Assembly (NCBI GenBank): GCA_041494705.1
Contig: JBGQBI010000002.1
Span: 1 to 32,000 of the forward strand
DNA length: 32,000 nt
Direction: 5' to 3'
Origin: Candidatus Methanoperedens sp.
GTDB taxonomy: Archaea; Halobacteriota; Methanosarcinia; Methanosarcinales; Methanoperedenaceae
Part shown: positions 25,240 to 32,000 of the stretch, in pieces
How positions within the stretch are numbered: position 1 is the stretch's first letter
Layout of the letters: every line of letters begins with the position of its first letter
The notes under the pieces: model-generated
What the model was told of the DNA's origin: nothing
The model's database searches: none
What the model saw: the letters and a program-made list of their open reading frames with translations, nothing else
Translations under genes and position numbers: made by a program

Positions 25240-25701
25240 TTACCTCATCTTGTTTAACAGGGTATTGATTTCAGCGCCATGGAATCCGAGGTCTCCACCT
25301 TCCTGGAATGTCCTTTTTGTGCCTTTAAGACCTTTTCTTGCCGGATGCATCCTGAAAACAGGCTTTAATTTAGGAACGTCGGACAAAGATGATTTCCCTT
25401 CACAAATGGCTTTCGCCAGTTCACCAAACGATTTGAATTTAGTATTCTTCGTAAGGTATTCAAGGGTCAAAGCATCTCCGCCTTCGAGCCGTCCTCTATT
25501 TTCCAGCATTTGCTCAAGGGTTTCAGGACTAATAATGCCCCAGGCAATGTAATCTTTTGCTTTATGAATCATCCCCTTGTAATTTGGTGTATCGGGGAGG
25601 ATTACACAATGATTAATCCTGTCAAGTCGTATCATGCTTAATGTATCCCTGATATCCTGTCGCGTCTTCACGCCGCCGCGAAGTCGAACTGCTGCGTACA
25701 T
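25240..25701 (-). CDS. rpl30: 50S ribosomal protein uL30 (L30P)
   Basis: 153 aa. It starts [26 protein letters not shown] and has the expected operon position. Confidence 0.9.
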   Translation of the reverse strand: MYAAVRLRGGVKTRQDIRDTLSMIRLDRINHCVILPDTPNYKGMIHKAKDYIAWGIISPETLEQMLENRGRLEGGDALTLEYLTKNTKFKSFGELAKAICEGKSSLSDVPKLKPVFRMHPARKGLKGTKRTFQEGGDLGFHGAEINTLLNKMR

Positions 25702-25704
25702 TTT

Positions 25705-26337
25705 TTACACCTTCATTGTTGTGGTTTTCATAAGAGCATCGTATGTTGCCTTGGCAAAATTGATGGTTGTCCGGGTCTCGCCATATACTTTTGTCCAGGC
25801 ATCTTTTATGCCTGCAATTTCAAGTACTTTTTTTGCAGTTCCGCCGGAAGCTAAACCAAGCCCGCGAGGGGCGGGTTTAAGTTCCACTTCTACACTGCCT
25901 GCTTTACCTATAACCTCAAAAGGTACCGTATGACCCAGACCGCAGCCGCATTCCCATGAGCCGCAGCCTCTCTTGATATTGATTATATTCATCTTGGCAG
26001 TATCTATCGCTTTTCTGATAGCCACGCCAACCTGGACATCCTTGCCTTCCCCGATGCCGATAAAACCATCGCCATTGCCTACAATTACCGTGGCTCTGAA
26101 TTTTACCCGCCTGCCGGAATCTGTCATTCTCTGGACCATATTGATATCCAGCACTTCATCTCTTATTTCAGGAAGCAATGCGTCAACAATCTGGTACTCC
26201 CTTATGGGTAGTCCCGACTCAAGGGCTTCGCTCATCGTGGTTACCTGTCCTTCCTTGACTAATTTGCCAAGTCTTGTTTGGGGAACCCATTCTACTTTCT
26301 GTTCTTCGAATTTTCTATCGAATTTTCTATCTGCCAT
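25705..26337 (-). CDS. rps5: 30S ribosomal protein uS5 (S5P)
   Basis: 210 aa. It has [26 protein letters not shown] and the expected operon position. Confidence 0.9.
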   Translation of the reverse strand: MADRKFDRKFEEQKVEWVPQTRLGKLVKEGQVTTMSEALESGLPIREYQIVDALLPEIRDEVLDINMVQRMTDSGRRVKFRATVIVGNGDGFIGIGEGKDVQVGVAIRKAIDTAKMNIINIKRGCGSWECGCGLGHTVPFEVIGKAGSVEVELKPAPRGLGLASGGTAKKVLEIAGIKDAWTKVYGETRTTINFAKATYDALMKTTTMKV

Positions 26338-26341
26338 ATTT

Positions 26342-26866
26342 TCACCTGAATTCGCCCTGAATCTTTTGTTTTACTGCCTCAACTTGCTCTGCAACGTTTG
26401 TTTTTCTGTATTTATCTATATGTTTACCCATAATCCTATCGTCCGATGGGAAAATTGCCGGGTCATGGGGTATATCAAGACCTGCATCTACTGCTCCTTT
26501 CAAAGCTGCAAATAGCCGTCCACCCTGTGTTGTGTGATATAACCCTGTGTCGAGTATTGCCTCTTTCTGCCCTGTTTTTTTTGCACGATACCCGAGCAAT
26601 AACCCTGCCAGGTATGCGGATGCGATATTTCCCGTTCCTGCAGTATAACCGTATTTCTTCAATTCACTGGTATTCGCCGAAACTAGAGTAACATCTCCAG
26701 ATGCGGAAGGTATTACTATCTGTGCCAGTGTATTTTTTGAACTTTTCCTGACCACAAGGCGGGGTTTTCTTGAGATCAGCAGTTGTTTTCTTGCCCGGTA
26801 ATCTGTTTTACCGTCTCTTACTCTTCTGAATTTGACTCTGTATCTTGCTCCTGTTGCCATGTTCAC
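26342..26866 (-). CDS. rpl18: 50S ribosomal protein uL18 (L18P)
   Basis: 174 aa. It has [26 protein letters not shown] and the expected operon position. Confidence 0.9.
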   Translation of the reverse strand: MNMATGARYRVKFRRVRDGKTDYRARKQLLISRKPRLVVRKSSKNTLAQIVIPSASGDVTLVSANTSELKKYGYTAGTGNIASAYLAGLLLGYRAKKTGQKEAILDTGLYHTTQGGRLFAALKGAVDAGLDIPHDPAIFPSDDRIMGKHIDKYRKTNVAEQVEAVKQKIQGEFR

Positions 26867-27315
26867 ACCACCTTGCCTTTAAGTTGTTCTATGTTAGCGG
26901 TCAGGTGCGCCCTGCTTCGAAATTCCCCGCCTTTCGCTTTGCGGTATAATTTCCTGTATGTGGAAACATCAATGGTATTATTGTCTCTTTTTTCTTTAAG
27001 AAGACTGCGCAGTGCCCTGATTTTCTTCATCCACTGTTCTTTCTTTGGGTTCCGTGCGCCTTTTGCACCGTTTCTTGAGCCGTGACCCTTCCTGTGTCCA
27101 TAATCACGGGCCTCATCAGCTTTTCGTACCCTTCCGCGGCTATTTCCGTTAATTTCTCTTTTGCCGATTTTTTTTTCTCCGATCAATTTGCGGATATCTT
27201 CCCGCGTCAGGGCGGTGGAAATGTCCTTATAGGCTTCGGGATTCATCCATACCCGGTTCACGCCTATGTCCATAACTTCTGCCGCCAATCGCCTCTGGTT
27301 CGCTAAATCTGTCAT
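26863..27315 (-). CDS. rpl19e: 50S ribosomal protein eL19 (L19e)
   Basis: 150 aa. It has LANQRRLAAEVMDIGVNRVWMNPE and a 4-nt overlap with its neighbours. Confidence 0.9.
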   Translation of the reverse strand: MTDLANQRRLAAEVMDIGVNRVWMNPEAYKDISTALTREDIRKLIGEKKIGKREINGNSRGRVRKADEARDYGHRKGHGSRNGAKGARNPKKEQWMKKIRALRSLLKEKRDNNTIDVSTYRKLYRKAKGGEFRSRAHLTANIEQLKGKVV

Positions 27316-27953
27316 GTTGTTTCACTCCTTGCGGGGTTTAAAATCTTCAATCCCAATTCAGCAGCCTTCTTCTCTATAATCGCCCGCTTTCTTGATCCAA
27401 CTGTGTGGGCTATCCTGGCAGCCTGCCTGCCGACCTTAAGAGACTCAATATCTTTGGGGGTTCTCACCAGGACTTCCTCAAATCCGGATGGATGAAGTCC
27501 GCGGACTGCTGCCGGACTGCCATAACCTGCCTCCACAAGCGGAGTTTTCCCTTTGACTGCATAACGTGTCTTGTTATGAATACCGTCAGGTCTCCTCCAG
27601 TAATCTGCAAGCTTCTTTTTCTTATGGGAATCAGTCTGCTTGAACTCGGGTTTCTTGCTTTTCTGTTTCTTCCTGACATTAAGAAGCCTTTTTGTTTCTT
27701 CATCAAGAACAATGGTTATGGGCAGTGCTTCTGTTTTTTCTTCCTGCTTTTCTTCTTCAACAACTATCTTATCGGCAGAAGCTTTGATTTTGTTTGCAAG
27801 TTTTGCGCCTATCCCTTTAATATCTGCAATTTCATCTACGCTTGCCTTTTTTATCGAAGCGATAGTTATAAATCCTGCATCATAAAGTAATTTTGCTTTA
27901 GCTTTGCCAACACCTTCGATGGTTGTGAGCTGTTTGATTGCTTCATCTTCCAT
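27312..27953 (-). CDS. rpl32e: 50S ribosomal protein eL32 (L32e) with an N-terminal double helix-hairpin-helix extension
   Basis: 213 aa. The C-terminal half (WRRPDGIHNKTRY...GYGSPAAVRGLHPSGFEEVLV) is eL32. The N-terminal 70 aa or so carry two HhH motifs (IEGVGKAKAKLLYDAGF; IKGIGAKLANKI). Confidence 0.85.
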   Translation of the reverse strand: MEDEAIKQLTTIEGVGKAKAKLLYDAGFITIASIKKASVDEIADIKGIGAKLANKIKASADKIVVEEEKQEEKTEALPITIVLDEETKRLLNVRKKQKSKKPEFKQTDSHKKKKLADYWRRPDGIHNKTRYAVKGKTPLVEAGYGSPAAVRGLHPSGFEEVLVRTPKDIESLKVGRQAARIAHTVGSRKRAIIEKKAAELGLKILNPARSETT

Positions 27954-27957
27954 TTTT

Positions 27958-28491
27958 TCACCGCCTTTCTACGAGGTAAACCCCGTCCTGGAATACCCTC
28001 GGGTCAAATCTTTTGATTTTTGTAGCCTGGCGGATGTTAGCTGCTGTTTGCCCAACATCTTCCTTATTTATCCCGGAAACAATTACCTGGTCTCCTTTTA
28101 TCATGACCTTTGTATTACCCTGGATATTGGCCTTTCTTGCTCTCTTTTCACCAAGGAAATTGCCTATTATTACCTGCTGTCCTTCGGTTTTCAATTGGAT
28201 AGGGAAATGTGAATAAACCACTTTCATCGTATACTCATATCCACTTGTTACTCCTGCAATCATATTTTTTAGATGGGATTCAAGCGTGCCCAGCATTGCT
28301 AGCTGTTCTCTTCTTGGCATATCGGTCATAACAACGACCTCCGAATCACTTCTCTTTATTGTAATTCCAGGATACCATAGTTCTCTCTGGAGCTGTCCCT
28401 GCGGCCCCGATATCGACACATTCATCTTATCGATGTTGACGTTCACGCCCTCCGGGATTCCTATTGTTCTCTTCGTTTCCATAACATTCAC
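27958..28491 (-). CDS. rpl6: 50S ribosomal protein uL6 (L6P)
   Basis: 177 aa. It has IPEGVNVNIDKMNVSISGPQGQL and the expected operon position. Confidence 0.9.
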   Translation of the reverse strand: MNVMETKRTIGIPEGVNVNIDKMNVSISGPQGQLQRELWYPGITIKRSDSEVVVMTDMPRREQLAMLGTLESHLKNMIAGVTSGYEYTMKVVYSHFPIQLKTEGQQVIIGNFLGEKRARKANIQGNTKVMIKGDQVIVSGINKEDVGQTAANIRQATKIKRFDPRVFQDGVYLVERR

Positions 28492-28881
28492 CTAATAAAC
28501 ATACGCAAGTAACTGGCCGCCAAGACCGCTTTCCCTGGCTTCGGAATGGGTCATAACGCCATTTGGCGTGGTCAGGATAATAGACCCAAAGCCTTTAGCA
28601 GGCAAGAACCGCTTTTCCCATGCCTCGAATTCCATATTCTTTACAGCGTGCCGCGGCCTGATTACTCCGCATTTGTTAATCTTTCCTTTTAGCTGGACTT
28701 TAAATACACCGGATTTCCCATCCTCGATGAATTCGAAATCGCCGATATATCCTTTATCCTTCATGACCTTGAGCACACTTCCTATTACTTTTGAAGCTGG
28801 CCTGATGGTACATTCCGGTTTACCTGTACTTTCTGCATTTTTTATTGTTGATAATGCGTCTGCGAGTGGATCTAGTAACAT
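28492..28881 (-). CDS. rps8: 30S ribosomal protein uS8 (S8P)
   Basis: I take the start at ATG 28881 ([17 protein letters not shown]). The track ORF extends 3 codons further, to a GTG at 28890. Confidence 0.9.
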   Translation of the reverse strand: MLLDPLADALSTIKNAESTGKPECTIRPASKVIGSVLKVMKDKGYIGDFEFIEDGKSGVFKVQLKGKINKCGVIRPRHAVKNMEFEAWEKRFLPAKGFGSIILTTPNGVMTHSEARESGLGGQLLAYVY

Positions 28882-28890
28882 TAAAATCAC

Positions 28891-29043
28891 CTACGTATAT
28901 TTCTCAAAGCCCATGTCATAAGCTATATCCCTGAAGCATTGCCTGCAGAGGTATATATCATATTTCCGAACAAGTCCCTGCTTCCTACCGCAGCGTTTGC
29001 AGACATTGGCACCGGCTCCGAATTTTTTCTTACTCCGTTCCAT
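28891..29043 (-). CDS. rps14: 30S ribosomal protein uS14 (type Z, zinc-binding)
   Basis: This 50-aa ORF is below the track cutoff. It reads [50 protein letters not shown], with CxxC...CxxC. It exactly fills the gap between uL5 and uS8. Confidence 0.9.
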   Translation of the reverse strand: MERSKKKFGAGANVCKRCGRKQGLVRKYDIYLCRQCFRDIAYDMGFEKYT

Positions 29044-29550
29044 TTAAACTACCTCCGCACCGTACTTCTCTTTTAAAAAAGAAATAGCATCTTCCTTTTT
29101 CAACCTGTGATTCATAGGTATTTTGTGTTTCTCTATCTTTCGGGTGTTTATCCTGTATCCCGGGCGCTTTATTGAAACATTTACATCCATGCCGTAAATG
29201 CCTATTGACGGGTCATATTTCATCCCTGGGAAATCGGTATGTTCCTCAATCCCGAATGAAAAGTTGCCATTCTCATCGAACTGGGACGCATTCAGTTTAT
29301 TCTCGACTATTTTTAATGCAGTCTTTAAAAATTCCTGGGCATTCTTTCCTCTTAACGTAACTTTGCATCCTATTGGTTCCCGTTTCTTTATAGAGAAAGT
29401 CGGCAATGTTTTCTTTGCAATTGCCCGGACCGGTTTTTGCTTCACTATTGCCTCAAGCAGGTTTTCAGCATTTATCAACCGTTCACCGCTTTCTCCAGTA
29501 CCTATATGAACCGTAACTTTCTCGATTAAAGGGATTCTCATTGGATTCAT
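29044..29550 (-). CDS. rpl5: 50S ribosomal protein uL5 (L5P)
   Basis: 168 aa. It has [20 protein letters not shown] and the expected operon position. Confidence 0.9.
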   Translation of the reverse strand: MNPMRIPLIEKVTVHIGTGESGERLINAENLLEAIVKQKPVRAIAKKTLPTFSIKKREPIGCKVTLRGKNAQEFLKTALKIVENKLNASQFDENGNFSFGIEEHTDFPGMKYDPSIGIYGMDVNVSIKRPGYRINTRKIEKHKIPMNHRLKKEDAISFLKEKYGAEVV

Positions 29551-29552
29551 CT

Positions 29553-30245
29553 TTAAACCACCTTGATTTCAGGCGTTGATTCACCTATGACAAATACATA
29601 ATCTTCAATTGTATCGAATTCCTTTTCATTTGATATGGCTACCATGTTCGTTCCTGAACCTCTTACTTTGCGGATTTGTTTTATCTTCCCGATTTCCCCG
29701 GAGTGTTCTCCGCCGACAATCATGGCAAGGTTTCCCTGTTTATACGGAATGTGTTTGATGATTTTGCGGTCCGGGAAACCCAGAATAACAGTATCAATCG
29801 TGTTGTACTCATTGGATGCCAGGATATTGCTGCCGTCATGCAGGTTGAGCTGCACAGCGCCTTTATTCACAATGGTTTTATTATTTATCCTGCATAATTT
29901 CAAGGCATTTGCATCTTCCTTGTAGAGTTTGAACCTGTTATTGGCATCCAGCAGGACGCGATAATATTCATTGGTTGTCGGGATTGAGACTATATCGAAG
30001 AGCCCTGCAATATACTTATAATTCGTTCTCTTCACTCCATCCACGAAAATATTACCTTCATTAATTATTGTCTTGGCTTCCTTGCTGGTATTGGCTATTT
30101 TTAGCATATCCCTTACAACAACAAGCAATGGAATCCCTGTTCCCTTGGAATGCGGCCCTGCATTGGCTCCAACTACCCAGTGATGCGTCTTTCTTGTAAT
30201 CGGCCATGTTGTTGGTGCCGCCACTCTTTTCTGATGTCTTGCCAT
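29553..30245 (-). CDS. rps4e: 30S ribosomal protein eS4 (S4e)
   Basis: 230 aa. It starts [24 protein letters not shown] and has the expected operon position. Confidence 0.9.
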   Translation of the reverse strand: MARHQKRVAAPTTWPITRKTHHWVVGANAGPHSKGTGIPLLVVVRDMLKIANTSKEAKTIINEGNIFVDGVKRTNYKYIAGLFDIVSIPTTNEYYRVLLDANNRFKLYKEDANALKLCRINNKTIVNKGAVQLNLHDGSNILASNEYNTIDTVILGFPDRKIIKHIPYKQGNLAMIVGGEHSGEIGKIKQIRKVRGSGTNMVAISNEKEFDTIEDYVFVIGESTPEIKVV

Positions 30246-30596
30246 TTAATCACCTAAGCGCTTTTCATCTTTGATTTCTAATTTTGTTATCATTACGTTC
30301 GAAGGCTGTACCGGTCTTGGTACTTCGGTGCCGTCTGATTTGGTGACGCTAACACCGTCTACGGTGATGGTCATTTTTGTAAGATTTACATTGGCTACCT
30401 TTCCTTCTTTACCTTTATGATCACCACGAAGGACTTTTACAGTATCGCCGGTGCGTACAGGTATGCTTTTAATTCCGTGTTTTTCCACAAGTTCGGGGCT
30501 GAGCATAGCGCCCAGCAGTTTATGCCTCCTGTGGAGCGGCGCCTGGTACCTGGATTTTCTCTGTTTTCTTGGTTGTGTTGATACCATGTTTTTCAC
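30246..30596 (-). CDS. rpl24: 50S ribosomal protein uL24 (L24P)
   Basis: 116 aa. It has the KOW motif [21 protein letters not shown]. Confidence 0.9.
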   Translation of the reverse strand: MKNMVSTQPRKQRKSRYQAPLHRRHKLLGAMLSPELVEKHGIKSIPVRTGDTVKVLRGDHKGKEGKVANVNLTKMTITVDGVSVTKSDGTEVPRPVQPSNVMITKLEIKDEKRLGD

Positions 30597-30995
30597 CTAC
30601 ACTATAATCGAGGCTGCTGATGATATCTTCGAGTACCGCTCGGCAGCTTCCCTGGCAACAGGGCCTTTTATTTCAGTGCCTTTTGGCACGCCTTCATCAT
30701 CAACTATCACGCATGCATTGTCCTCAAAAGAAACCCGCATTCCATCGGGCCGCCTGAATTCCTTTTTCTGGCGTATTATGACCGCTTTGAAGATTTGTTT
30801 TCTCATTTCCGGGGTTCCTTTCTTGACGCTTACGATAAGAGTATCCCCGATACCTGCGCGAGGGTATCTGTTTCTTACACCGCGATATTTTAATACAGAA
30901 ATAACTTCAACGACACGCGCCCCCGTGTTATCGGCGACTTCCATACGGCTTGCCGTGTTAATTGCACGCGGTATTTTTGCCTTCATCCCTCTCAT
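30597..30995 (-). CDS. rpl14: 50S ribosomal protein uL14 (L14P)
   Basis: 132 aa. It has [14 protein letters not shown]...[11 protein letters not shown]. Confidence 0.9.
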   Translation of the reverse strand: MRGMKAKIPRAINTASRMEVADNTGARVVEVISVLKYRGVRNRYPRAGIGDTLIVSVKKGTPEMRKQIFKAVIIRQKKEFRRPDGMRVSFEDNACVIVDDEGVPKGTEIKGPVAREAAERYSKISSAASIIV

Positions 30996-31315
30996 TTCGA
31001 CACCTCAATAATAACATAGGATTTTGTCTTGCTAAGTGGTCTGCATTCTGCAATCGTTACATTATCGCCCTCTTTTGCATTTATGCAGGGAGGGTTGTGG
31101 GCATGTACCTTGGTCTTTCTCTTCTCGTACCGCTCGAATTTTGCAATCTTTTTGACAAATGTTCTCTGCACAACTACTGTATTATCCATTTTGTCGCTGA
31201 CTACGACTCCTTTTAAAACCTGCCCTCTTACGGGCAGGACTCCATGAAAAGGACATTTGGGATCAGTACATTCTTTTGCTGGCGTTTGAACATCCAGCCC
31301 GATATCTCGTGTCAT
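30992..31315 (-). CDS. rps17: 30S ribosomal protein uS17 (S17P)
   Basis: I take the start at the internal ATG 31315 ([25 protein letters not shown]). The longer track ORF (to 31399) would overlap the Rnp1 gene. Confidence 0.85.
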   Translation of the reverse strand: MTRDIGLDVQTPAKECTDPKCPFHGVLPVRGQVLKGVVVSDKMDNTVVVQRTFVKKIAKFERYEKRKTKVHAHNPPCINAKEGDNVTIAECRPLSKTKSYVIIEVSK

Positions 31316-31328
31316 TATTATACCTCTT

Positions 31329-31664
31329 CTATTTCCTGAATTTTCTCTTAAATTTTGTCTGGATTCTGTTTTCGGGTTGCGAGAGCAATAATCTTCCATC
31401 GACTTTGAGCGTCAGCGGTAAGTAACGTTTACCGTCAACTGCCTGATGAGACGTCCTCATCAATGATGGAATTGTGAATATAAATGATGAACAGGTTTTT
31501 GATACTTTTTTCTCCTGTTCACCGGTTCTTATTGTAAGCATATTTTTTGTTTCATCGATTATTCGTCCCTCTATTCCTATGAGGGAACTGTTTGTGCTTT
31601 CCACTACATTTGTATCAAGACCGATGAGTTCATGGTGTATGATATTGTGCGGTGTCAGCTTCAT
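31329..31664 (-). CDS. rnp1: RNase P protein component 1 (Rpp29/Pop4 homologue)
   Basis: 111 aa. It has [33 protein letters not shown], typical of archaeal Rnp1. It occupies the canonical position between uL29 and uS17. Confidence 0.85.
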   Translation of the reverse strand: MKLTPHNIIHHELIGLDTNVVESTNSSLIGIEGRIIDETKNMLTIRTGEQEKKVSKTCSSFIFTIPSLMRTSHQAVDGKRYLPLTLKVDGRLLLSQPENRIQTKFKRKFRK

Positions 31665-31864
31665 TATTCTTTAGGCTCCTTCTGGATTGTTTTTATCCTT
31701 GCGATGGTTTTCCTTATCTCTTTTATCCTGCCCGGATTTTCAGGAGCGCCGCCAGCCGATGCGACAGCACGTTCGCGGATTAGCTCCATTTTGAGCTTGT
31801 CCAGTTCCTCCTGCCGCTCGGTTATGTTCATGTTCCTGATTTCATCGACCCGCAGTATTGCCAT
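31664..31864 (-). CDS. rpl29: 50S ribosomal protein uL29 (L29P)
   Basis: 66 aa. It has [33 protein letters not shown]. Confidence 0.9.
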   Translation of the reverse strand: MAILRVDEIRNMNITERQEELDKLKMELIRERAVASAGGAPENPGRIKEIRKTIARIKTIQKEPKE

Positions 31865-32000
31865 TAATTTTCCTCCTTTTTATGGAGACGTGATGCCGGG
31901 TGCCAGTAATCGTACTCCGGATGTTTGTGTTCCATGACATCCCCGTGCATTCTTTCTTCGATATTGCCGGTATGGCTTTCTTCTGCTGTGGGTACAGGCG
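31864..32000 (-). CDS. rps3: 30S ribosomal protein uS3, C-terminal tail (partial; the gene continues beyond the window)
   Basis: The minus-strand frame is open from the window edge (...[44 protein letters not shown]). Its TAA overlaps the uL29 ATG as TAATG. I identify it from the conserved gene order (uS3 precedes uL29), not from any motif. Confidence 0.55.
   Translation of the reverse strand, partial: PVPTAEESHTGNIEERMHGDVMEHKHPEYDYWHPASRLHKKEEN

Noticed and set aside
27312-27953. eL32 is about 70 aa longer than usual because of an N-terminal double helix-hairpin-helix extension, which at first looked like a novel fusion.
   Set aside because: The same N-terminal HhH extension exists in the eL32 of Haloarcula marismortui and related euryarchaea. 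It is a known lineage feature, not a new fusion.
30992-31399. A long N-terminal extension ([17 protein letters not shown]...) on the uS17 ORF.
   Set aside because: The extension overlaps the 3' end of the Rnp1 gene and has no uS17-like sequence. The internal ATG at 31315 gives a normal-length uS17 starting MTRDIGLDV.
31329-31664. An RNase P protein gene embedded in the ribosomal protein operon.
   Set aside because: This is the canonical archaeal arrangement (uL29-Rnp1-uS17), not an anomaly.

Overview
This is an archaeal chromosomal segment. Gene content points to a Methanosarcinales/ANME-like euryarchaeon: SepCysS, geranylgeranyl reductase with its own small ferredoxin, e-type ribosomal proteins and RNase P Rpp29 inside the r-protein operon. 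Bases 23.3-32.0 kb (minus strand) hold the canonical uS3-uL29-Rnp1-uS17-uL14-uL24-eS4-uL5-uS14-uS8-uL6-eL32-eL19-uL18-uS5-uL30-uL15-SecY operon. Bases 1-23.3 kb mix housekeeping genes with three visibly AT-rich accessory islets. The housekeeping genes are a MacB-type ABC permease, a P-type cation ATPase, SepCysS, an HMGL-family synthase, an HDAC-family deacetylase, tRNA-Gln, MoaA/MoaD and GGR. Three things stand out. (1) At 18.5-20.2 kb there is a two-gene RiPP-like module: a 77-aa leader plus Cys-rich core peptide with its own TATA box and SD, followed by a radical SAM enzyme with a SPASM/twitch-like C-terminus. (2) At 21.82-22.09 kb, nine perfect 8-10 bp hairpins fill the spacer between the ferredoxin and GGR genes, and the last one covers the GGR SD and start codon. 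(3) At 5.86-6.65 kb there is an orphan HEPN-motif (RNCLIH) gene in an AT-rich islet. All calls come from reading the sequence and translations by eye; no database search was run.
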